Source of the DNA: an uncultured cyanobacterium
Lineage (GTDB): Bacteria > Cyanobacteriota > Cyanobacteriia > Cyanobacteriales > Microcystaceae
DNA: 64,000 nucleotides
Direction: 5' to 3'
Assembly: GCA_963807635.1 (NCBI GenBank)
Contig: CAWEDJ010000007.1
Coordinates: forward strand, 1 to 64,000
Shown: positions 20,376 to 30,639 of the stretch, piece by piece
Layout: every line of letters starts with the position of its first letter
How positions within the stretch are numbered: position 1 is the first letter of the stretch
Translations under genes and position numbers: made by a program
Notes under the pieces: model-generated
Databases searched by the model: none
What the model was told of the DNA's origin: nothing
Seen by the model: only the letters and a program-made list of their open reading frames with translations

Positions 20376-21530
20376 TTAAGTCCCAAAAATTTTAATAGCT
20401 TCATTCAATCGAGATTGAACCTTAGCTTTCTGTAATAGTCCTCCTGCTAGATTTTTAATGTCATAAGGAGGGGATTGACGTAATTGTACAAATTTTGCAC
20501 GAAAATCTTCTTGAGAAATAGTTTCTAGATAATCCAAATTTTTAGCAACACCAATCAGTAAACCTTCCATAATAACCTTACTAATATTGGATAATGATTT
20601 TCTATCAGGAAAATGCTTATGAATTAAGTCGATAGTTCTCTTAAATAAAGTATATTTTTCTACTTTAGTATTTTCACTAATATTTTTATATTTCTTCATG
20701 TAGTCATTAAGGAATTTAGATAATCGTCCATGATAATTGTTATATTCATCAAAAAAGGCGAAAAAGCGGAGTACAAATTCTTCATTTTCAAATCTATTTT
20801 TTAATTCATTTTCTTGAAAATCTTTTTTCTTTTTACTGACTGATCTTTTCACGGGAGTTATTTTTATCCAATTTTCATAATTGACACAGTCTTTTAATAA
20901 ATTATTGAAAACTCCTTGATAAATACCATTTCTAATTTCCTGATTATTTAAGCGAGTTCCCCCCGTATTTAAGCGATGGAAGATTGTAAATAAATAATCC
21001 ATGTGCTTTGGTTTACTGGAATCAAAACGAATAACAGTAATCGGTAAAGATAAGTTTTCGACTCGACTATATAATTCGGGGTAATCTTGTTTGATTTCCT
21101 GAACAGTCTTTCCCTTAATCCTTGGATCGATATCTTCAAGATTAGAAAGTCTCCAATCAGTATCTTCTTTTAAAAATTTAATAATAGTTGAAATTCTTTG
21201 TAGCCCATCAACAACTAAACGCTTATCAGTTTTATAATCCAAGCTAATAGACATACTTGGGATCGGAAGTTGTTTAATCAAACTATCGATAAAACGAGTT
21301 TGAGCGGCTTCTGTCCAAATCGATTGTCGTTGAAAGTCAGGATCAATTTTTAACTGTTGTTTTGTAACCATACGCAAAATATCGGCACAGGATCTCAATT
21401 CATTAAACGCAATAATATCACTTGGCGGTTGTTCAATCGAATCCTCATTTTCGTAAGATTCTTCATACTCTCTTTCTATCTGTTTTTCAAGATCACGTTC
21501 CTTTTGGGGAGGAATAGCTAAATTAACCAC
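20376..21530 (-). CDS. DUF262 (ParB-like/GmrS) domain protein
   Basis: PDFQR, FIDSL, VVDGLQR, IFHRLNTGG. Confidence 0.9.
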   Translation of the reverse strand: MVNLAIPPQKERDLEKQIEREYEESYENEDSIEQPPSDIIAFNELRSCADILRMVTKQQLKIDPDFQRQSIWTEAAQTRFIDSLIKQLPIPSMSISLDYKTDKRLVVDGLQRISTIIKFLKEDTDWRLSNLEDIDPRIKGKTVQEIKQDYPELYSRVENLSLPITVIRFDSSKPKHMDYLFTIFHRLNTGGTRLNNQEIRNGIYQGVFNNLLKDCVNYENWIKITPVKRSVSKKKKDFQENELKNRFENEEFVLRFFAFFDEYNNYHGRLSKFLNDYMKKYKNISENTKVEKYTLFKRTIDLIHKHFPDRKSLSNISKVIMEGLLIGVAKNLDYLETISQEDFRAKFVQLRQSPPYDIKNLAGGLLQKAKVQSRLNEAIKIFGT

Positions 21531-21594
21531 GATTTTTCTCCTTTTATAAAAATTAGGGAAATAAATTTTGCAATTATCTCCCTATCTTAATCAA

Positions 21595-24537
21595 TTAAAA
21601 TTCTTCCTTTAAAGCCGCATCACAGCGATCGCAGATTGTCGGATCGTCAGCAAAGGTTCCCACACTCAAAGAATAATTCCAACAGCGATCGCATTTATGA
21701 CCATCGGCTTTAACAATTGCGATCTCTACATAATCTTTAGAATCAGTAGGAAGAGGAGATAAAGGCCAGTTCACCAAGATTGGTGCTTTATAAACCGCTT
21801 GGTCAATATCGCTTTTGTTAGCTGCTAGTTCTACTTGAGAGACTAAAAACAAATAACGGAGTTCATCATAAAGAAAGTCTAATTTATCAATAATCAAGTA
21901 AAGTGGGCTATCTTTTACTACTTGTTTACTGTAAATCAACAATTTTGCTTCTGAAGATGCACCGAGAAATTTGTCTGTTCTAGCTTTTTCTAAAACTTTA
22001 TTAACTCCATCACGTAATTCCCGAATTCCTTGCCATTGAACAGCTAAGTCGGGTTTAGTCCATAATCGTTTTTCAGCACCATCAGAATTTTTAGTGACTG
22101 GCCCCAAATTGACCCAACCTGCTTGAAATACGGATTTATAAGGCGTTTCGTAGGGTAAAAATTGCCAAATATCTTCTGCTAGATGACACAGAACAGGCGC
22201 GATCGCCTTGGTTAAATTTTCCAGCGCAATCTGTAAAACCGTTTGGCAACTGCGACGACGGGGAGAATTAGCATTACTAATATAAAGCCGATCCTTGGCA
22301 ATATCTAAGTAAAAATTAGACAAATCTACCACACAGAAATTCTGTACCGTTTGGAAAAACTTAAAGAATTGGAAACTTTCATAGGCATCCGTGACTTCGT
22401 CAAAAACTTCGGTGATGCGATGCAACATATAACGATCTAATTCAGGTAAATCATCATAAGCAACTGCATCCGTTTCGGGGTTAAAATCATGTAAATTTCC
22501 CAATAAAAAGCGGGCTGTATTACGGATTTTATTTCGTGCATCCATTAATTGTTTAAGAATCGTTTGCCCAATCGGAACATCAGCATTATAGTCAACAGAA
22601 GACACCCATAAACGTAGAACATCTGCTCCATAAGCGGGTTCTTGTTGTTGATTTTTTCCGCCATTAATAATCTGATTCGGATCAACCACATTCCCCACAG
22701 ATTTACTCATTTTGTGTCCCTTTTCATCAAGGACAAATCCGTGAGTTAACACCGTTTTATAGGGAGAAATTTCATTCACCGCCACACTGGTTAATAAGCT
22801 CGATTGGAACCAACCGCGATGTTGATCCGAACCTTCCAAATACATATCGACGGGATATTTTAATTCAGGACGTAGCTGTGCCACTGCCGCCCAAGAAGAA
22901 CCCGAATCAAACCAGACATCCATCGTGTCTTGACCTTTGCGGTAGGTATGTCCATTATTGTGATAACTAGCAGGTAATAATTCATCGACCGACAATTCCC
23001 ACCAAGCATCGGAACCTTTTTCGGCAAAAATGGCTTGAATATGGGTAATCGTTTCTTCGGTTAATAAGGATTCATTGGTGACTTCATCATAAAAAACGGG
23101 AATGGGAACGCCCCAACTTCTTTGGCGAGAAATACACCAATCACTGCGATCGCTGACCATCGGTGTGATGCGATTTTTACCCTGTTCAGGAATCCATTTA
23201 ACGGTTTCAATGGCGGACAAAGCTTGCTCTCGAAAGCCTTCTACCGAGGCAAACCACTGTTCTGTGGCGCGGAAAATCGTCGGTTTTTTAGTGCGCCAAT
23301 CGTAGGGATATTTGTGTTGATAGGCTTCTTCTTTCAGTAAAGATCCCGCTTCTTGTAGTGCCGTAATAATTGCTTCGTTAGCATCTTTCAGTACATTTAA
23401 ACCCGCAAATTGCCCTGCTTCTGCCGTAAAGTTTCCCGCATCATCGACTGGCGAAAGAATCGGTAAATGATAACGCTGTCCGACAATATAATCCTCTTGA
23501 CCATGACCAGGTGCGGTATGCACTAAGCCTGTCCCTGATTCAGTCGTGACATAATCTCCGCCGATCACAATCTCACTTTCACGCTCAAAAAGGGGATGAC
23601 GATAGCGGGTATGTTCTAAATCCTTGCCTAGAATTGTGGTTTTAACGGTTAGTTTCGTTTCAAAAGTTGCTGATAATTTTTCCACTAGATCCAAGGCAAC
23701 AATCAGATAAGAATAACCGCAAATCTTGGAATCTGTTTCAGCGATCGCGTAGGTCAATTCAGGATTAAGCGCGACGGCTAAATTACCAGGTAATGTCCAG
23801 GGAGTCGTTGTCCAGATCGCTACCCCCAAATTGGGTAAAAATTCCTGTAATACTTGAGCATTTTCTCCTAATTTAACAATAGGAAAAGCGGCATAAACAC
23901 TCCGAGAAATATGGCCTTCGGGATATTCCAATTCCGCTTCAGCTAAGGCCGTGCGGGAACTCGGACTCCAATGAACAGGCTTTAATCCCCGATAAATATA
24001 GCCTTTAAAAAACATTTGCCCAAAAACCCCAATTTGAGCGGCTTCATACTCAGGAGTTAGGGTCATGTAGGGATGTTCCCAATCGCCCCAGACTCCAAAA
24101 CGTTTAAAGCCTTCCGCCTGTTCCTGTTGGGTTTTAATGGCAAAATCTCGTGCTTTTCGACGCAAGCTTAAAGGGGTTAATCCTTGGCGTTCTTCACTTT
24201 TTAGGCTTTGTAAAACTTTTAATTCAATGGGCAATCCGTGACAATCCCAGCCTGGGACATAGGACGCTTTGTAGCCCTGCAATAGTTTATATTTGTTAAT
24301 AATATCCTTGAGGGTTTTATTGAGGGCATGACCCATGTGCAACGCACCGTTAGCGTAGGGCGGGCCATCATGCAAAACAAAAATTTCCTTGGGATTTTGC
24401 TGTGACAGGGTTTCGTAAATTTGCTTATCTTGCCAAAATTTTTGAATTTCGGGTTCTCGTTTCGTGGCGTTTGCCCGCATATCAAATTTCGTTTGGGGCA
24501 AGTTGACGGTATCTTTATAACTTTTAGCTTCTGTCAC
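21595..24537 (-). CDS. ileS: Isoleucine--tRNA ligase
   Basis: HDGPPYANGALHMGH, KMSKS, C-terminal CDRC zinc finger. Confidence 0.98.
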   Translation of the reverse strand: MTEAKSYKDTVNLPQTKFDMRANATKREPEIQKFWQDKQIYETLSQQNPKEIFVLHDGPPYANGALHMGHALNKTLKDIINKYKLLQGYKASYVPGWDCHGLPIELKVLQSLKSEERQGLTPLSLRRKARDFAIKTQQEQAEGFKRFGVWGDWEHPYMTLTPEYEAAQIGVFGQMFFKGYIYRGLKPVHWSPSSRTALAEAELEYPEGHISRSVYAAFPIVKLGENAQVLQEFLPNLGVAIWTTTPWTLPGNLAVALNPELTYAIAETDSKICGYSYLIVALDLVEKLSATFETKLTVKTTILGKDLEHTRYRHPLFERESEIVIGGDYVTTESGTGLVHTAPGHGQEDYIVGQRYHLPILSPVDDAGNFTAEAGQFAGLNVLKDANEAIITALQEAGSLLKEEAYQHKYPYDWRTKKPTIFRATEQWFASVEGFREQALSAIETVKWIPEQGKNRITPMVSDRSDWCISRQRSWGVPIPVFYDEVTNESLLTEETITHIQAIFAEKGSDAWWELSVDELLPASYHNNGHTYRKGQDTMDVWFDSGSSWAAVAQLRPELKYPVDMYLEGSDQHRGWFQSSLLTSVAVNEISPYKTVLTHGFVLDEKGHKMSKSVGNVVDPNQIINGGKNQQQEPAYGADVLRLWVSSVDYNADVPIGQTILKQLMDARNKIRNTARFLLGNLHDFNPETDAVAYDDLPELDRYMLHRITEVFDEVTDAYESFQFFKFFQTVQNFCVVDLSNFYLDIAKDRLYISNANSPRRRSCQTVLQIALENLTKAIAPVLCHLAEDIWQFLPYETPYKSVFQAGWVNLGPVTKNSDGAEKRLWTKPDLAVQWQGIRELRDGVNKVLEKARTDKFLGASSEAKLLIYSKQVVKDSPLYLIIDKLDFLYDELRYLFLVSQVELAANKSDIDQAVYKAPILVNWPLSPLPTDSKDYVEIAIVKADGHKCDRCWNYSLSVGTFADDPTICDRCDAALKEEF

Positions 24538-24852
24538 AGGTCTAATCTGGGTTTTTCGATAAAGGGCTTCTTCTCCTAATTTTATCGTGTCTTTTGCTTC
24601 CCTGCTAATTTAAAGCTTTTTGAAGCGATCGCTTTCTTCTCAGGTTAAAGGGCGATCGCATTTTTTGTAAAGTGATAGTAATTCTCGATTAAACCGACTA
24701 GATAAAGACATCATCAAACCACCTGTAGGTAAAGCTTTGATAGTTTGCCTATACCGCATGATTGATGAGAATTTGCTGTAAGAAGGCGATCGCAGTTCGG
24801 ATCATAGTGATTGATGGTGATCGAGGATATTTGGAATTGATGCCCCTTTTTT

Positions 24853-25653
24853 TTAGGGTTTATTTTGTCCAGTAATAGGATTAATATTGATCAACGGAAT
24901 ATTATTACCACCTGCAACCGTAGGCAACTTACCATCCCATTTATCAATTAGTTGTTTTTGAAGAAGTTGGGAAGTTAGAGTTTGTTGGAGTAATTTTTGA
25001 GATTCAGCTTCGCCTTTTGCTTTGATAATTAATGCTTCAGCTTGTTTTTTAGCTGTAACTACTTCCTGTTCCGCAATCTGCCGAGCTTCTGTTGCTTTTG
25101 TAAATTCTTCAGACGCGATTAAGTTAACAACCGAAACATCTGCTACTAATACACCAAAAGGAGCAAGACGTTTTTGGATTTTAGTGGCAACTTCTTCCCT
25201 AAGTTGTTCACGTTGAGCAAGGGCATTGTCTAGCGATCTTGAGGGAATTGATCCTTTAATTATTTCATCAAAAGCAGGAGTAATGACTTTAATATCAATG
25301 TCCTGTTCACTTCCTATGGTTTGATAAATTTCTTTTACTTTGAGTGGATCAATTTTCCAATTTAAAGCCATTTCCGTTTGAAGACGTTGTAAATCTTTAG
25401 TTCGTGCATTGGATTTAACAACTGTTTTTTGAATTCTTACATTTATTGTTTTCCCAGAGGAAACATAGGGAACAATAAAATGAAAACCTTCATCAATAGG
25501 CTCATCTTGTAACTTCCCTAAATTGATAATTAGTCCTCTTTCTCCTGGATTAACAATAAATATGGAACCTTTCAATATACTTGAGATACCTATTAAAGCT
25601 ATTATTGACATAATTGCGTATTGAATGACATTGTTGGAATTTGGAGATCTCAT
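24853..25653 (-). CDS. Prohibitin/SPFH (band 7) protein
   Basis: N-terminal TM, VNPGERG, KAKGEAE, IDKWDGKLP. Confidence 0.9.
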   Translation of the reverse strand: MRSPNSNNVIQYAIMSIIALIGISSILKGSIFIVNPGERGLIINLGKLQDEPIDEGFHFIVPYVSSGKTINVRIQKTVVKSNARTKDLQRLQTEMALNWKIDPLKVKEIYQTIGSEQDIDIKVITPAFDEIIKGSIPSRSLDNALAQREQLREEVATKIQKRLAPFGVLVADVSVVNLIASEEFTKATEARQIAEQEVVTAKKQAEALIIKAKGEAESQKLLQQTLTSQLLQKQLIDKWDGKLPTVAGGNNIPLININPITGQNKP

Positions 25654-25685
25654 AGATAATCCTCTTCTATTTTTAGATGTATGCT

Positions 25686-25835
25686 TTATTGGTAATTCAT
25701 GATCGCCTGTTGAGCATAATCGAGTGACCAACCATTTTCTCTTGCTAATCTTTTAGTAAAAGGAAATGGGTCTTCGGGTCGCTCCAAAAAATAATCTTGA
25801 ATCTGTTGATAAAGTTTTTGATGTTGTTCATTCAT
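25686..25835 (-). pseudogene. 49-aa N-terminal fragment of glycine-rich-domain (GRDP-like) protein
   Basis: Hand translation MNEQHQKLYQQIQDY...FTKRLARENGWSLDYAQQAIMNYQ; not in ORF track. Confidence 0.6.
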
Positions 25836-25965
25836 TGGTCTAAATAAGGAAGAAAAATTAGGTTGTATAATCTCAATCCAACAACTAACTGGGATTTAGT
25901 TCAATTTTAGTGCTTAACTGATTACCATTTTGATAATTTGTAATAGAAGAAATACCAAAAAAATA

Positions 25966-27279
25966 TTAATTTTGTAATTTTGTAATTTGATTAATAACAT
26001 CTTGATATTCATTTATTTTGCCCTGTTGCCTAAAAAATTCAGCCGCTTTTTGAAAATCAGAAATTGCTCCTTGATTATCTCCTGATTTACGTTTGACAAT
26101 TCCGCGATTAATGTAGGCATCAGCATCGTCGGGTTTGATTTTGATGGCTTGATTGTAGTCAGCGATCGCACCTTGCTTGTCTCCTAAGTCATCCTTGGCA
26201 ATTCCGCGATTAATGTAGACTTTAGTATAGTCAGGTTCGAGTTTAATAGCTTGATTATAGTCCGCGATCGCCCCTTGGAAATCTCCTAAATAGAACTTAG
26301 CTATACCTCGATTATAATAGACTCCAGCAGAGTCAGGATCGAGTTTAATCACTTGATTGTAGTCTGTGATCGCTCCCTGATGATCTCCTAAATTACGCTT
26401 AGAAATTCCGCGATTATAGTAAGCTTCAGCATTATTAGGATTAAGTTTAATAGCTTGATTGTAGTCAGAGATCGCCCCTTGAAAATCTTCTAATTCAACC
26501 TTAGCCAAACCGCGATTGTTGTAAGCGTCAGCATAGTTAGGATTAAGTTTAAGGGCTTGATTATAGTCAGAGATCGCCCCTTGAAAATCTCCTAATCCAA
26601 CCTTAGCCAAACCGAGATTGTTGTAAGCGTCAGCATAGTTAGGATTAAGTTTAAGGGCTTGATTATAGTCAGTGATCGCCCCTTGAAAATCTCCTAATCC
26701 AACCTTAGCTACACCGCGATTGTTGTAAGCGTTAGCATCATTAGGGTTAAGTTTAAGGGCTTGATTGCAGTCAGTGATTGCCCCTTGAAAATCTTTTAAT
26801 CCAACCTTAGCTACACCGCGATTGTTGTAAGCACCAGCATAGTTAGGGTTAAGTTTAAGGGCTTGATTGTAGTCAGTGATTGCCCCTTGAAAATCTTTTA
26901 ATCCAACCTTAGCTACACCGCGATTGTTGTAAGCACCAGCATAGTTAGAATTAAGTGTAAGAGCTTGATTGTAGTCAGTGATCGCTCCTTGAAAATCTCC
27001 TAATTTAACCTTCGCCGCACCGCGATTGTTGTAAGTTCCAACATAGTTAGGATTAAGTTTAATAACTTGATCGTAGTCAGCAATCGCCCCTTGAAAATCT
27101 CCTGATTCATACTTAGCCACACCGCGATTATAGTAAGCTTCCGCGTTCTCTTGAGCCTGTACAGATTGAGACAGATTAGGAAAACTATCTAAGCGAGAAC
27201 ATCCTAATATAGTATTCATTGTGATTAACACAGTAGTAAAGCAAATTAAGTTTTTAAGGGAAAAATAATGCTGGTTCAT
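25966..27279 (-). CDS. TPR protein with possible lipoprotein signal
   Basis: About 11 34-aa TPRs (AYNNRG...GAITDYNQAL); ILGC lipobox-like. Confidence 0.9.
   Translation of the reverse strand: MNQHYFSLKNLICFTTVLITMNTILGCSRLDSFPNLSQSVQAQENAEAYYNRGVAKYESGDFQGAIADYDQVIKLNPNYVGTYNNRGAAKVKLGDFQGAITDYNQALTLNSNYAGAYNNRGVAKVGLKDFQGAITDYNQALKLNPNYAGAYNNRGVAKVGLKDFQGAITDCNQALKLNPNDANAYNNRGVAKVGLGDFQGAITDYNQALKLNPNYADAYNNLGLAKVGLGDFQGAISDYNQALKLNPNYADAYNNRGLAKVELEDFQGAISDYNQAIKLNPNNAEAYYNRGISKRNLGDHQGAITDYNQVIKLDPDSAGVYYNRGIAKFYLGDFQGAIADYNQAIKLEPDYTKVYINRGIAKDDLGDKQGAIADYNQAIKIKPDDADAYINRGIVKRKSGDNQGAISDFQKAAEFFRQQGKINEYQDVINQITKLQN
26460..27130. repeat. 102-bp tandem near-identical coding repeats
   Basis: AACCTTAGCTACACCGCGATTGTTGTAAGC recurs at 26701, 26803 and 26905. 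Confidence 0.85.
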
Positions 27280-27351
27280 GGTGCTAAAACTCCTAGATTT
27301 TTCTTGAGTGGCGATCGTTTTCTATTTAGCTATCTGTCTCAAAATCAAAGA

Positions 27352-27377
27352 TTTCGCAAAAATTAATATTTCTTTAC
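27352..27377 (-). promoter_or_regulatory. Bipartite motif GTAAAG-N14-GCGAAA upstream of TPR gene
   Basis: Exact match; same motif at 29775-29800 (-) and 29843-29868 (+). Confidence 0.6.
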
Positions 27378-27535
27378 AGTTTATCCGCGATCGCCGAAAT
27401 ACCGATGCTCTGACGCAAAACAATTTGTAAGGTTTTGCAACGAAATATGCGATTCTTTCAAGAAAAAAATTTTGGTTTCATCGTCTAAGTTGTTCTCATG
27501 GGAAATACAATTACTTAAATTTATGATGGCAAAAA

Positions 27536-29272
27536 TCAATATAAATTAAGAAAAATACCGACAATGATAGCTAAAGTTCCGAAAATAATTGATAAAAAAC
27601 GATGGTAACTTTTAATGATTGTGCCATTTTCAGTGCTTAAGTAACTTAGATCAAGCCAAGCCGTTTCCTTTCGACGGAACCAACCGACAGCATTTACTTC
27701 CATACCCATTAGTTTTTCCACTTTTGATATACCAAAGAAAAAATTTCCAATCAAACCAAAGCGTGAAGAATAGCGAAGAGGTAGCAATCCCGTTAAATCT
27801 TGAAACTGGATGTCAGAAGAAAAAATAAAACCTGACTCTCTACGACCAATTAACTTGCCTTTCAGTTTTACTGGCTTTCCCCATACAGGACTAGCATAGG
27901 GATTAGACATTAAACTCAAAATATCCATTTTAGGTGCAGAAAAAAATAGGGGAAATTGGGCGAAAGTTTTACAGAAAATTCCTATTCCTAATCCGATCAA
28001 AGAATAACCCAAAATTAAACTTAGGTGAAAATCATTTACGGAAAAAATCAGTCCTATTGATACGCCTAAAAGTAAACCGATCGCTTCAGCAAAATAGAGA
28101 ATAATATCTATTAATAAACCTCCATAAAGTTTGTCTTTAGATAAAATTTTTCCTACTCTGACAATTTTTGCCATATCAAATTCGGTGGTTAAATCTAACT
28201 GCTCTGCGTAGTTGCTTAAGGCTCGAATTCGTTTGCCTGTCAAAGGATGGGTTGAGCGTAATTCCATCCAGCCCCGCCAAGGGTTAAACAAATCCCAAAG
28301 TAAGACTTGATCTAATGGGTCAGAGGACTCACTATTTTGAGAAGTCGCCCCTATTGTTACGGCAGATTTATAATCATAGATTCCTAAAGCTCTGGTACTT
28401 TCCATTAAAATGTTTGATTTTGGATTTTTTTGCTTTTCTTCGACTAATCCATAACCAATTTTCACCAAGGCACGCGAAAGAGCATTAGGATTGCCTGTTA
28501 CTTCAGCAGAAAAATGATCAGCAAAATATTCACGGACACGCGACAAATAAAGTAACCAATAAGTGCCTATTTTATAAAAAATAAAAGCCGCTAATGCTAA
28601 AACTTGAAATAGTTCTTTTCAATTATTATTTTGCCACATCTTTCTATAGCAAAAAATGTAAAGTGAATAGCAAATCTGGATTAGAGTAGAGGCTAGGGTC
28701 ATTATGGCGAAATCCCAATGAACAATATGCCCTAATTCATGAGCATAAACTGCGGCGATTTCATCATCGTTGAGATAGGTAAATAAACCTTCACTGACAA
28801 TAATTCTGGCTTTGTTAGGAATAGTTCCGTAGGTAAAAGCCGTGGGGTTCTGATCATTAATAATTCCTAAACTAGGTTCTTTTAGATTTTTATTAATGCA
28901 AACTCTTCTAATAATTAGAGCCGCTTCTGGACTACGCCGAGCAAGTTCATTTAAATCAAGCCAACGAGTTTGATACAGAAAGTTTTGAGTGATGTCTAAA
29001 ATTGAAGGAGCAATTAAAAAACTGATTAAGTTAAAGATAAGCGTCGAACTAACAGCGATCGCTAATCCCTGAGCAGGATTAAAATTACCTTGAATAAAAA
29101 TGATTGCGAGGATCAGACTTAGAACAAGAGCCGCCATTAGCAAGAAGGTAAGACTGGAGGCAAGAACAAGACTTCCGTAGCCTTTAATCAATGGAAGTCG
29201 GACACTTCCCGATGAGACTCTAGAAGGTTTCGTATTAATCGGTTGATTCGACGCATTAAACCGTAAGTTCAT
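27536..29272 (-). CDS. M48/HtpX-like membrane zinc protease, apparent frameshift near 28620
   Basis: PTAFTYG, HELGH, SRVREYFAD, STHP. Confidence 0.85.
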
Positions 29273-29336
29273 TGTTATTTCTCAAGTTAGTAAATAAATT
29301 GGGTAAAATTGCTAATAACCTAAATAAAAAGCCTGA

Positions 29337-29714
29337 TTAAGACTTCTCTTTAATCCAAACAATATTGCGATACCAAGAAAGAAAAGGAACACGCCAGCCA
29401 TAGACTTCAGCTTCATAGGTTTTTCCTGGTTCTATTTGTCCGTAAACATCAGAGCTATTAAATTTAGCTTTCCAAAAACTATCCGTATTTTCAAAAACTT
29501 CTTGCTTAGTAAATATAAGGTATTTCCCTTGTGTAGCTTCTCCATTTCCCGTAATAATACGTTCTTTGTCCTTGACAGTAAACATCACTTTTTCTGCTGT
29601 GCTGTAAGTCACTATTGGAGGAAAAATAAAACTACCAATTATGGCAATTGGTATAATCATAGGCCCGATAAAAGTAATAGGAAAAAGTAAATCCATAAGT
29701 GTAATTTTCTTCAT
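29337..29714 (-). CDS. DUF1523-like membrane-anchored small protein
   Basis: N-terminal TM; VFENTDSFWKAKFNSSD...VYGWRVPFLSWYRNI. Confidence 0.65.
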   Translation of the reverse strand: MKKITLMDLLFPITFIGPMIIPIAIIGSFIFPPIVTYSTAEKVMFTVKDKERIITGNGEATQGKYLIFTKQEVFENTDSFWKAKFNSSDVYGQIEPGKTYEAEVYGWRVPFLSWYRNIVWIKEKS

Positions 29715-29774
29715 CTGCTTTTATTCCTCAAAATTAAGTTGCTTATATTCACCTATCTGCTTTAAAAATAAAGG

Positions 29775-29868
29775 TTTCGCAAAACTTAACATTTCTTTAC
29801 GTTGCAGTAGCGATCGCCAAAATCCGAGTCTAAAGGGTGATTGTAAAGTTTTGTAACAAAACGCGAAA
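29775..29868. promoter_or_regulatory. Divergent pair of GTAAAG-N14-GCGAAA motifs
   Basis: 29775-29800 on minus strand and 29843-29868 on plus strand, each facing its operon. Confidence 0.65.
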
Positions 29869-29922
29869 TTCTTTCAAAAGGCTCTGTTAACTCCCTGTAG
29901 TTATCAAATTTCAAACCTTGCG

Positions 29923-30639
29923 ATGCTAAACAAACGATTTGTAAAACGCTTTATCTATTGGTTTATCGGCAAACGGGCGGGAACAACGCTCTTTGGAATG
30001 TGGCATTGGCTTTGGGGAGTTCCTGTGGAAAAAGGCGGAAAAATTGCCGTTGAAGTGGCCAGGGAATCCTTGGAATCCATGCAACTGGCAGTGGCAAACT
30101 TAACCGATGCGGGGGCACGAGTAATCGCGGCTCAGGCAACAGCACGGGCAAAATATGAAGCCAAACGTCAGGAATTTACCCAATATCAACAACAAGCATT
30201 ACTCGCTAGTCAGCAAGGCAATCAGGAAGCAGCACGTTTGGCTATGACTAAGGCAATTATGACGGAAAAAGTATTGCCAACTTTAGCAAACCAACTGGAA
30301 CAAACCGAAAAAATGGTGATCGCCGTTAAGGAAAAATTAAGCCGAGAACGGGAAAAATTAGAGACCTATAAGTTTGAAATGCAAAACTTAAAAGTCCTAG
30401 CAGAAGTGAACGAAGCTTTGGGAGGAATTAGTGACATTGACAGTCAACTTAATCTCGAAATTCTCCAAGATCAATTTGCGATCGCCCAATCTGCGATTGA
30501 ACGCCAAGGCCATCATGTTACAGCAAAGGCAGAATTAAGCGAAAATCCAGCCGAAAAACTGGAATATACGATTAATCAAATGACCCTAGATGATGAAGTT
30601 GAGCGTCGTCTGAAAGCCTTAGTTAACGTTGATAATTAA
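29923..30639 (+). CDS. PspA/IM30 family protein (divergent N-terminus)
   Basis: Coiled coil; GNQEAARLAM; DDEVERRLKAL. Confidence 0.8.
   Translation: MLNKRFVKRFIYWFIGKRAGTTLFGMWHWLWGVPVEKGGKIAVEVARESLESMQLAVANLTDAGARVIAAQATARAKYEAKRQEFTQYQQQALLASQQGNQEAARLAMTKAIMTEKVLPTLANQLEQTEKMVIAVKEKLSREREKLETYKFEMQNLKVLAEVNEALGGISDIDSQLNLEILQDQFAIAQSAIERQGHHVTAKAELSENPAEKLEYTINQMTLDDEVERRLKALVNVDN

Noticed and set aside
26460..27130. Regularly spaced repeats as a CRISPR array
   Set aside because: 102-bp in-frame TPR units with no unique spacers; no cas genes in the window
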